Positions 1-7,860 of a DNA stretch of 14,718 bases are shown in pieces. The notes below the pieces were generated by a model that saw only the letters and a program-made list of their open reading frames with translations, made no database searches and was not told the origin of the DNA. The stretch comes from Octopus sinensis (Eukaryota), in NCBI RefSeq assembly GCF_006345805.1, contig NW_021825743.1, positions 1-14,718 of the forward strand. The letters are read 5' to 3'. Position numbers and translations under genes: made by a program. Every line of letters starts with the position of its first letter. Positions within the stretch are counted from its first letter, which is position 1.

Positions 1-194
1 GAAATAGGTATTTCGTCTGCCGCTACGTTCTGAGTTGAAATTCCGCCGAGGTCGACTTTGCCTTTCATCCTTTCGGGGTCGATTAAATAAGTACCAGTTA
101 CGCACTGGGGACGATATAATCGACTAAATCCGTTTGTCTGTCCTTGTTTGTTCCCTCTGTGTCTAGCCCCTTGTGGGCAATAAAGAAATAAGAA
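1..194 (+). mobile_element. tRNA-derived SINE, 'family A' (Deu/Nin-like central domain), cut at the 5' end by the window edge
   Basis: Near-identical to copies at 2662-2877 and 6777-7002. B-box-like GAGTTGAAATTCC, core GAGGTCGACTTTGCCTTTCATCCTTTCGGGGTCGAT..AAGTACCAG, tail CCCCTTGTGGGCAATAAAGAAAT. The resemblance of the core to the Deu/Nin SINE domain is from recall. Confidence 0.85.
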
Positions 195-386
195 TCATTA
201 GCACGCCGGGCAAAATACTTTGCGGCATTTCGTCTGCCTTTACGTTCTGAGTTCAAATTCCGCCGAGCTTGACTTCCATCCTTTCGGGGTTGATAAATAA
301 AATACCAGTTGAGTACTAGGGTCTATGTAATCGACTTGCTCCCTCCTCAGAAATTGCTGGTCTTGTGCCAAAATTTGAAACAAATA
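195..386 (+). mobile_element. Family A SINE with alternative 3' tail, in tandem with the previous copy
   Basis: Same body (TTAGCACGCCGGGC...GAGTTCAAATTCCGCCGAG...CATCCTTTCGGGGTTGATAAA) but ends CTCCCTCCTCAGAAATTGCTGGTCTTGTGCCAAAATTTGAAAC. Lacks the first ~11 nt of the head. Confidence 0.8.
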
Positions 387-399
387 TTTTTTTTAACTG

Positions 400-1635
400 A
401 CAGAGGTAATTCATATTGCACCTGTAGCTCAAGAAAGTAGCAAGCTATCCGACACTCATAGAAGTATAAAGGTTGTTTACGGAGATGATACCACTGACGA
501 GAGTAAGGTACACAGAAATCAGAATTGAAAATAAGGCACACAGCGAGAGACTATCGATGGCAACTACTGACACGAATCAGCAGTGAGTAGATTTACGAGG
601 ACAGACAAGTCACAACCCCGTGAGTTTATTGCACAACTGGACTGTGATCACAATGCAGCAAATTGTGGAAAGCTTTGGGTATTCAAAAGCTACCTTGGTA
701 GCTGACATCCAGTTTGAAAGGAAGAAGTGTGATAGTCTGATCTGATTTGCTTGAAGCGTTTAAAACCAAATAAGACAAGTTATTATTTTTTTCCAGTCTG
801 GTGGCAGAGGATGAAACGTGAGTATATCTTTGAGATCCGGAAACGAAAACACAGAAAGTCATGGTGACTTGATTTTGCAGAACATGGTTGTTCTATAAAC
901 AGCGAGTGGAACACTGAGAAATTCATAAATTTTAGAGAAGCCATTAGGAGAAAGAGGCTGAATAAGTATCTGAAAATAATCCACATTTACCTTCGCAATG
1001 CGTAACGGCAAATCCAGCGATCCATTAACTATTCAATGGTCTTCCATTCATCGTACATCTCGGATCTGGTACCCTCTGACTTACACCTATTTAGTCCTAT
1101 GAAGGACTGCAGGACACACTTCGCCTGTCTCTGCGGCCCCTTCCATCTGTCCTTCTGCAACGGCGCTTGTGGTGGTTTGGCCATGCATGTAGGCGTCCGG
1201 TGGGTGAACTGAGCCGTGATGTCCTTCTTCCAACTCCACTTCCCAGGTGGCGGAAACGCGCGGGCGGGCAGCTGAAGACCTGGGTTACGACGATCAAGGA
1301 GGACTTCTCCGTGCTCACGGGACCGCAGGTGGTCGGCCTGCACCGTTGGAACCGTAACTGGTTCGCTATCTCCAGTGAACTGGCGCAGGACCGTCGTGCG
1401 TGGGCTGCCATGGTTCGAGATGCCTCGAGGGTGGTAGAACCCGCCCAGGGTGAATGTCACCACAAGTCCAAGTAAGTAAGTGCAGGACACAGAATTCGGG
1501 GACAACGATTTCTTGACACAGGTAAGATAAAAATGACTGAGAAGTTGGTAAAAACACAAAACGTAGCTGAAGTTTTGTCACAAACATTTTCAAAAAATTA
1601 GATTTAACGGTGGTGCAAATGAATCGCAATTGTTT
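400..1635 (+). pseudogene. Decayed mariner (DD34D, irritans-like) transposase, interrupted by an RTE insertion at 1119-1480
   Basis: Hand translation across stops and frameshifts: SDTHRSIKVVYGDDT (~449-493, N-terminal HTH), LVAEDET*VYL*DPETK (~797-847, DETW motif), KVMVT*F, HSSYISDLVPSDLHLFSPMKD (~1047-1109, YSPDLAPSD motif), and after the insert QDTEFGDND and RWCK*IA. TIRs not found. Confidence 0.85.
1119..1480 (+). mobile_element. 5'-truncated RTE-clade LINE 3' end with TSD
   Basis: Open frame 1119-1475: ..QRRLWWFGHACRR..WRKRAGGQLKTW..LAQDRRAWAAMVRDA, typical of an RTE ORF2 C-terminus. Tail CAAGTCCAAGTAAGTAAG. TSD TGCAGGACACA at 1108-1118 and 1481-1491. Confidence 0.9.
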
Positions 1636-1664
1636 TCTTCCAGAGAAAGAAAGAGTAGGGTGGG

Positions 1665-1825
1665 GGTAAATGACGTCAATACTTAACGAGTACTTCATTT
1701 AACGACCCTGAAAAGATGAAAGGGAAGATTGTCCTCGGCTGGGTTTGAACTTGGGTCGCAGAGAGAGTCGGAATAACTACCTCAAAGGATTCTTTCTATT
1801 CGACGATCTAATGACTACCATTTCA
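1665..1825 (-). mobile_element. Old, diverged family A SINE
   Basis: Reverse complement reads AAGTTCAAACCCAGCCGAGGACAATCTTCCCTTTCATCTTTTCAGGGTCGTTAAATGAAGTAC, matching the family A core with many substitutions. Confidence 0.65.
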
Positions 1826-2251
1826 ACACCTACTTATAACCGTGCGTCCAAGTCTTAAACCATTATCGCTAATAAATAATGCAACAGATTTTATCAACAA
1901 GCTTTGCTACAAGATTAAATGTGTAGACACACGTAATAAACTATATCATTTGTTGTGGGACGAACAACATAATAAATTTCGATTGAACTGTCATTGTAAA
2001 TTTATCCAATATGAAATATAGATTTCGTCATTCATGCGTAACCATATTTTATGAAATTCATTTGTATATTTCCCATAGAAATATAATTCTGTTACATTTA
2101 TGTCTATCAAACTGCAAGATAATCACCAGATACCACTTCCTAATTTTCCTGCGCTGTACGTTTAATGCAGAAATAATTTGCTAATTAATTATATGGATGA
2201 ATCTAAAAGAATTTATTGAAGACATAATCTTCTATATAAGATTTCATATGA

Positions 2252-2550
2252 TGGACTCTGCCGTCGAAGACGACGGTTGAGCGTTCAGCTTTTGCCGAAC
2301 GACCAGTACAAATGATTTGTTAATAAGGAATCAATTGTTTCTGCTCTACATTAGTTCACCACCACCCTTCATCAAATCGTCATTACCTGAGCAATTGCAC
2401 AAGAGTGCCACACGTTAGATGTCGAAATGATCGCAAAGCAACGTGAAATGAAGCGTTTTGCTAATAATCACAAGACGACGCTCGGTGCGGGAATCGAACC
2501 CATGATCTAGCAATCGTGAGTGCAACATCCTAACCACTAGGTCACGCGCC
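2252..2550 (-). mobile_element. tRNA-headed SINE, 'family C'
   Basis: Minus-strand head GGCGCGTGACCTAGTGGTTAGG (A box) ... GGGTTCGATTCCCG (B box), followed by a non-tRNA body ending in the hairpin CCGTCG-TCTT-CGACGG (2261-2276). The 3' boundary is approximate. Confidence 0.7.
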
Positions 2551-2610
2551 TTCATGATAGCTCAGTTCGTAGAGTAGAGGACTGCAGAAAGTGATACAAT
2601 TCCATATAAG
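2549..2610 (+). pseudogene. tRNA-Tyr 5'-half relic (anticodon GTA mutated to GCA); 3' half degraded or absent
   Basis: CCTTC(AT)GATAGCTCAGTTCGTAGAGTAGAGGACTGCAG matches the conserved eukaryotic tRNA-Tyr 5' half CCTTCGATAGCTCAGTTGGTAGAGCGGAGGACTGTAG at 33/37 positions plus a 2-nt insertion. No B box follows. Confidence 0.65.
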
Positions 2611-2661
2611 ATTCTATAAAACTCTAATTCTCAATCCAGTTTCCTTATATATACAAATATG

Positions 2662-2877
2662 TTTCTTTATTAATCACAAGGAGCTAAACATAGAGGGGAC
2701 AAACAAGGACAGACAAACGATTACATCGACCCCAGTGCGTAACTGGTACTTAATTTATCGACCCCGAAAGGATGAAAGGCAAAGTCGACCTCGGCGGATT
2801 TTGAACTCAGAACGTAACGGCAGACGAAATACGGCTACGCATTTCGCCCGGCGTGCTAACGGTTCTGCCAGCTCGCC
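2662..2877 (-). mobile_element. Near full-length family A SINE
   Basis: Minus strand GGCGAGCTGGCAGAACCGTTAGCACGCCGGGCG... through ...CCTTGTGATTAATAAAGAAA, with a short deletion in the body relative to 6777-7002. No TSD seen. Confidence 0.9.
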
Positions 2878-2888
2878 CTTGAAAGGGA

Positions 2889-2918
2889 CATTACACCAAT
2901 ATTAATATTGGTGTAATG
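2889..2918. repeat. Perfect 30-bp palindrome
   Basis: CATTACACCAATATTAATATTGGTGTAATG equals its own reverse complement and extends to 2886-2921 with one mismatched pair. Confidence 0.95.
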
Positions 2919-2919
2919 A

Positions 2920-3148
2920 CCGTCCTAAGGAACAAGACTTGTTTCAATACACGAATTCGTAGTCGTCTAGAAGTAGAGGGAGTCCCTAAGTCTCTAAGTA
3001 GAGGGAGTAATTGCATTTCGAAAATCCTAGTTTCACTAATGGCATCTGCATCCAGACGTAGTGACCTGAAGTCGTTGAGCAGGAAACCTTGCTTCCACTT
3101 TGGCCTCAGTCCACGAGCACTTACACAACATATTTTTAGAATTGCCAT
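2920..3148 (-). pseudogene. L1/Tx1-like LINE ORF2 N-terminus (APE endonuclease motifs I-II), 3'-truncated
   Basis: MAILKICCVSARGL...LRLDADAISETRI corresponds to the APE signature L.I.s.NvRGL...D.ialqET. ATG at 3148, 31 bp after the ORF1 stop. Confidence 0.8.
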
Positions 3149-3179
3149 TCTAGGAAGAGGAAAAGAAACAAAAGAAGAG

Positions 3180-3815
3180 TCAGTCACTTACCCTAGTCTT
3201 GGGTTGGTCTTTTACGGGGGCTTTAAACGGGACTATAAGTACCCTTTTGTCTAATAAGTTTTTGAGAACTCTCACATCACGCGGGAAACGTTTCCTCAAA
3301 AAATCCCTTCTGGGGTTTTGGCAATGGCAAGAGTATCAAGACACTCACCCGTTGTCAAAATTTTGTTCTTATTTGTCTTTACAAACTCCACCAATTTCTC
3401 GTTCTCCCTCCGTAGACCTGTGTAAATTAGAAACTCGTCCGAGAGATATTGTTTTACGAGTTCTGTCTCTTGTGGTTGACGTAGCTGTTGTTTGGATTGT
3501 TTTTGTTTAGGCTTTCCTTGTTGCCGATCCCGCTGTGTCTCGCTGTTGCTGAGAATGCTGTGTCAGTTTTTTTGTGTTGGTTTATCTCTTGTTGTGGTTG
3601 TTGTTGTTGTCGTTGCTGCTGCTGAAATTGTGGGCTTGCAGCTTTGGTTTCGAGATTGGCCGCAGTGTTTTTGAGGTTATTTGGCTTGGTGCCCACGAAA
3701 TTTTGGAATTTATGGGCTACATCTGCATTTTCACCCGCTCTCCCTCATTTCCGTTTTAGGGATCGCTCGACGGTCACCCATTTGGGAGATTTTCTCTCAC
3801 CCGAGACCCCTACTC
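3180..3815 (-). pseudogene. L1/Tx1-like ORF1 C-terminal half (Q/N-rich linker plus C-terminal domain)
   Basis: Frame GVSGERKSPKWVTVERSLKRK*GRAG..QQQQRQQQQPQQ, then frameshifted pieces YLSDEFLIYTGLRRENEKLVEFVKTNK and DVRVLKNLLDKRVLIVPFK, stop at 3180-3182. Lies directly upstream of and collinear with ORF2. Confidence 0.6.
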
Positions 3816-3895
3816 TATCAAAGTGTGCTTTCAGAAAAAAATGTTCTGTCAACGAATCAAACTATCTTAAGGGAGCGAAATGTGTCTGACATTTC

Positions 3896-3897
<2 letters not shown>

Positions 3898-3957
<60 letters not shown>

Positions 3958-3966
3958 AAACACACA
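3898..3966. repeat. (CA)n microsatellite
   Basis: Direct reading. Confidence 0.98.
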
Positions 3967-4176
3967 TTCAAAGTACCTTTGAGTTGGCAATAAATAATGG
4001 CCATTAAATTACCATTCCATCAAATGAACTGTGACCAAAATGTCAGATTTTGCCACTCTCAAGAGCCAAAGTTAATGAACCTACAACAATCTTGAAAGTA
4101 TTACTGTTCTTGCCAATTAGTCATATGTTAGTTTCTTCAAATTCCCCGTATTTGCCCCCAGCAGAACAGGTAAAAC

Positions 4177-4212
4177 TATCTATCTATCGTCTATCTATCT
4201 ATCTATCTATCT

Positions 4213-4247
<35 letters not shown>

Positions 4248-4271
4248 ATCTATCTATCTATCTATCTATCT

Positions 4272-4323
<52 letters not shown>

Positions 4324-4347
4324 CCCAGCTATCTATATCTATCTTTG

Positions 4348-4443
<96 letters not shown>

Positions 4444-4460
4444 ATCTCTATATCTATCAA
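4177..4460. repeat. Compound (TATC)n microsatellite
   Basis: Direct reading; interrupted by CTACCCAGCTATCTATATCTATCTTTGTATC. Confidence 0.98.
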
Positions 4461-4487
4461 TCTTTGTCTGCATGTATGTATCGCTGC

Positions 4488-4769
4488 GTGTGTCTGTGTC
4501 TATGTTTGTCCCCCACCACCGCTCGTCAACCGGTGTTGGTGTGTTTACGTCCCCCTAACTCAGCAAAAGAAAGATTGATAGAATAAGTGCCAAGCTTAAA
4601 AGAAAATAAGTCCTGGGGGTCTATTAATTTCGACTAAAATCCTTCAAGGCGGTGCTCCAGCATGACCACAGTCTAATGACTGAAACTAATAATGCAGAAA
4701 AGGTAAAGATCACTCAGACTAATATATGCTGTTATACAACGCTTGTCACGATGCACTTTGCGATGTTTT
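4488..4769 (+). mobile_element. Headless SINE 3' tail module
   Basis: GTGTCTGTG..TTTGTCCCCCACC..GGCGGTGCTCCAGCATGACCACAGTCTAATGACTGAAAC. Its terminal part recurs at 10260-10300, and it shares AATAAGT..CTGGGG.TC.AT..TCGACTAA with family A. Confidence 0.7.
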
Positions 4770-5275
4770 ACCTTCTGTGTCCGAGGATCCGTTGGTCTTT
4801 TCTCTGTCTGCTCATGCGTTTGTCGTTGTAGTTGACGCTGCTTTCCTCTCGGGATTGCAACGGATTTTGACATTGGGAATAGTATTGCAGTGTGAGGCAC
4901 CCCTCCCGACTTCTCTACAGTGGGGCAAGAAGCTTTTAGGTAGTCGGCTTTACCACAGAAGTAACATTTAGGTTTCCTACTCTCCACGATCACTGGCAAC
5001 TGTTTGCAGTCTCCGAAAAAAAAAAAAATCTGGGATCGCATGGACCTTTTCCGGAGTCACCAAAACTTGGAACTCCATTGACACTCCTGTTTGTGTTTTG
5101 TTCGGAGCTTGTTTTCAAGCCCCCAACATGCTCCTCGAGCATGACCATTACACTAGTCTGGTCTCTATGAGGGGGTACGTTTGAGACCCTGACCTTGGTA
5201 CACGCTGAGTGCTGCTGTCCATTCAGCTGTAAATAGGTAACCTTACGAAGGACTTTCTTTTCGATCAAGAGAAAA
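4770..5275 (-). pseudogene. L1/Tx1-like ORF1 N-terminal half (RRM-like segment plus zinc knuckle), forming the IR spacer
   Basis: TKVRVSNVPP, then after a T13 frameshift (A-run 5016-5028) LPVIVESRKPKCYFCGKADYLKASCP, a CX2CX4HX4C knuckle at 4925-4966 with His>Tyr (CAC>TAC). Confidence 0.8.
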
Positions 5276-5276
5276 T

Positions 5277-5610
5277 GTTGGCCTGCTCACCTAGCCAGCG
5301 TGGTGGGATCATTCGAAAGCTAAAACGACGCAAAGTGCATCGTGACCAGCGTTGTATAACAGCACCCGATAGTCTGACTGATCGCGTGATCGTTGCCTTT
5401 TCTGCTTTATTTGTTTCAGTCATTAGACTGCGGCCATGCTGGAGCATCGCCTTGAAGGATTTTAGTCGAATTAATCGACCCAAGGACTTATTTTCTTTTT
5501 AAGCTTGGCACTTATTCTATCGATCTTTTTGTTTTGCCGAGTTAGGGGGACATAAGCACACCAACACCGGTTGTCAAGTGGTAGTGGGAGACAAACACAG
5601 ACACACGCAT
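5277..5610 (-). mobile_element. Headless SINE 3' tail module, second copy
   Basis: Reverse complement aligns to 4488-4769 at about 90% identity. The ~45 nt at 5277-5320 are tentatively included as a continuation of the module. Confidence 0.7.
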
Positions 5611-5626
5611 CGACACATATAGACAG

Positions 5627-5674
5627 AGATAGATAAATAGGTAGATAGGTTGATAGATGGTAGATAGATAGATA

Positions 5675-5727
<53 letters not shown>

Positions 5728-5763
5728 CATACAGATATGCAGACAGACAGACAGATAGACATT

Positions 5764-5808
<45 letters not shown>

Positions 5809-5810
5809 GG

Positions 5811-5876
<66 letters not shown>

Positions 5877-5900
5877 CAAAGATAGATATAGATAGCAGGG

Positions 5901-5959
<59 letters not shown>
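5627..5959. repeat. Compound (GATA)n microsatellite
   Basis: Direct reading; carries the same interruption as the left arm, reverse-complemented. Confidence 0.98.
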
Positions 5960-6174
5960 TTTTTACCTGTTATGCTGGGGGCAAATACGGGAATTTGAAG
6001 AAACTAATATATGACTAAGTTGGCAAGAACAGTAATAACTTTCAAGATTGTTTGTAGGTTTCATTAACTTTGGCTGCCTTGAGAGTGGCAAAAATCTGAC
6101 ATTTTGGTCACAGTTCATTTGATGGAATGGTAATTTAATGGCCATTATTTATTGCCAACTCAAAGGTACTTTGA

Positions 6175-6175
<1 letters not shown>

Positions 6176-6254
<79 letters not shown>
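6176..6254. repeat. (GT)n microsatellite
   Basis: Direct reading. Confidence 0.98.
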
Positions 6255-6429
6255 TAGAAATGTCAGACACATTTCGCTCCCTCAAGACATAGAACAAATG
6301 GTTTCATTCACATTTTTTTTTTGTTTTTTGACAGCACACTCCATTTTTTTGTCTTCTTGGATTTTATCTTCTCTATTAATTGCTGGTCGGGAACTATTAT
6401 TTCGCTTTGCAACTATAATATATTACCAA

Positions 6430-6536
6430 GTATGTCAAAGGTTTATAAATCAATACATTGTTCTACTTTGTGTTAGCAGTGCGTTGTTTTTAGTTTTAAG
6501 TGGGTCGCCGTATTGACTTATAAACCTTTAGTATAC
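6430..6536. repeat. MITE-like short inverted repeat
   Basis: AAAGGTTTATAAATCAATAC (6437-6456) pairs with GTATTGACTTATAAACCTTT (6510-6529) at 19/20; 53-bp spacer. Confidence 0.75.
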
Positions 6537-6776
6537 TATAAAGGTGAAACAAAATACGATGTCCGTAGTAATATAATATCTAGGTAGCAGTTGCCAGAAT
6601 TTATCTTCTTGTTTAGCCTTCGCTACAACAATAGGTTATATAATTCAGAGTATATATAAAATATCAACCAACATACATTCTTTAGTAAGTAACAATTATC
6701 TTTGATATCTAAACGTTACCACTTATACATTTTTAAAATATGTAACTATTATCTTTCACTTTACACTCTTTCACAT

Positions 6777-7005
6777 GCGAGCTGGCAGAAACGTTAGCAC
6801 GCCGGGCGAAATGCGTAGCCGTATTTCGTCTGCTGTTACATTCTGAGTTCCAATTCCGCCGAGGTCGACTTTGCCTTTCATCCTTTCGGGGTCGATGAAT
6901 TAAGTACCAGTTATGCACTGGGGTCGATGTAATAGACTTAATACCTTTGTCTGTCCTCGTTTGTCCCCTCTGTGTTTGGCCCCTTGTGGGCAATAAAGAA
7001 ATATA
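6777..7005 (+). mobile_element. Family A SINE with target-site duplication
   Basis: GCGAGCTGGCAGAAACGTTAGC...GGGCAATAAAGAAATAT. TSD CTCTTTCACATGC at 6766-6778 and 7010-7022 (17 bp with one mismatch from 6762/7006). Confidence 0.92.
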
Positions 7006-7170
7006 TACCCTCTTTCACATGCAACTATTATCTGCCAATATTTACACACTTTAATACCTAAATATCATCAATTAATAAAAAATCTTTTAGTTATTATCAA
7101 TCAATATACATTCTTTTATGTGTAACAATTAATGATCAATAAGCGTTATTTAATATGTAACGTTTATCAA

Positions 7171-7390
7171 GGCGAAAAGCTGGTAGAAACGTTAGCGAGT
7201 CAGACAAAATAGTTAGCGGCATTTCTTTCGGCTCTATAAGTTTTGGCCTCAAAATCCGTCGAGGGCAATTTTGCTTACATACTTTCGGGTCGATAATATT
7301 AGTACCAGTTGAACACTGGAGTCGATTTAAATACTAATCCACAGAAGTCAATGTAAATAATAGCCCCTTGTGTCGAAATTTGAAATAAAT
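7171..7390 (+). mobile_element. Old diverged family A SINE with the ...AAATTTGAAA tail
   Basis: AGCTGGTAGAAACGTTAGC...TTTCGGGTCGATAATATTAGTACCAGTTGAACACTGGAGTCGAT...CCCCTTGTGTCGAAATTTGAAA. Confidence 0.75.
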
Positions 7391-7412
7391 TGTAATGATT
7401 GTCAATAATATA

Positions 7413-7578
7413 GGCGTAGGAGAGTGGCGGTGTGGTAAGTAGCTTGCTTACGACCCACATGGTTCCGGGTTCAGTCCCACTGCGTACCACCTTGGGCAAG
7501 TGTCTTCTGCTATAGCTTCGGGCCGACCAAACCTTCTGAGTGGATTTGGTAGACGGAAACTGAAAGAAGCCCGTCGTA

Positions 7579-7617
<39 letters not shown>

Positions 7618-7640
7618 TAATATATATATATATATCTATA
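7413..7640 (+). mobile_element. tRNA-headed CORE-type SINE, 'family B', with (TA)n tail
   Basis: A box TGGCGGTGTGG, B box GGTTCAGTCCC, CORE/MIR-like CCTTGGGCAAGTGTCTT, body end GGAAACTGAAAGAAGCCCGTCG (7576), then (TA)n. Two more copies occur at 12482 and 13887. Confidence 0.88.
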
Positions 7641-7860
7641 CAATATGTTACATTACTCGAAGTGGAAATCCACAACACCATCTCTTGGTTATCTGGCTAT
7701 TTGAAACGTTATGAAAAATACCGTTAAAAATGAAGGAAATTACTCTGTTATAACTCTGCTTTGCCTGCGTACTTATACATCGCTCGCATTTTTCGTCATA
7801 AAAATTGTATAAAAAAATACATAAAAATATATAAAAATATATAAAAATATATAAAATCTT

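Larger units (their letters stand above)
3822..4769 (+). repeat. Left arm of long inverted repeat
   Basis: Reverse complement of ~5321-6340: (CA)n, a unique 215-bp block, compound (TATC)n and a SINE tail module, all in mirrored order. The outer ~50 bp match is weaker. Confidence 0.95.
5321..6340 (-). repeat. Right arm of long inverted repeat
   Basis: Mirror of 3822-4769; for example 6255-6281 is the exact reverse complement of 3871-3897, and 5960-6177 matches 3964-4176. Confidence 0.95.

Noticed and set aside
494-518. CTGACGA...GAAA hammerhead-like core
   Set aside because: The intervening bases cannot form stem II, and the site is inside mariner coding sequence.
2549-2610. Functional tRNA-Cys(GCA) or tRNA-Tyr gene
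   Set aside because: The acceptor stem has a 2-nt insertion, the D-loop GG is mutated, and there is no T-arm or B box.
3150-3191. Splice-like signals between ORF1 and ORF2 (AGG|GTAAGT ... polypyrimidine TAG)
   Set aside because: The intron would be only 42 nt, and splicing would put ORF2 out of frame by one base, so no ORF1-ORF2 fusion results.
3454-3696. Poly-Q ORF as a host gene exon
   Set aside because: It lies in frame with upstream LINE ORF1-like sequence and directly before an APE ORF2, so it is best explained as the ORF1 linker.
4770-5320. IR plus spacer as an autonomous DNA transposon or prokaryotic IS
   Set aside because: The spacer encodes a LINE ORF1 fragment rather than a transposase, and no TSD flanks the unit.
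4050-5762. LSIY-repeat ORFs (4050-4586, 4345-4578, 5542-5730, 5574-5762)
   Set aside because: Translations of (TATC)n tracts.
3822-6340. IR as a pure fold-back sequencing artefact
   Set aside because: Not favoured: the ~550-bp spacer, ~9% substitution divergence near the spacer and different microsatellite lengths are not expected from one read. It is not fully excluded, and the homopolymer indels in the left arm may be polishing errors.
2591-6993. Similar ORFs at 2591-2905 and 6733-6993 suggesting a duplicated small gene
   Set aside because: Both are antisense readings of family A SINE copies.
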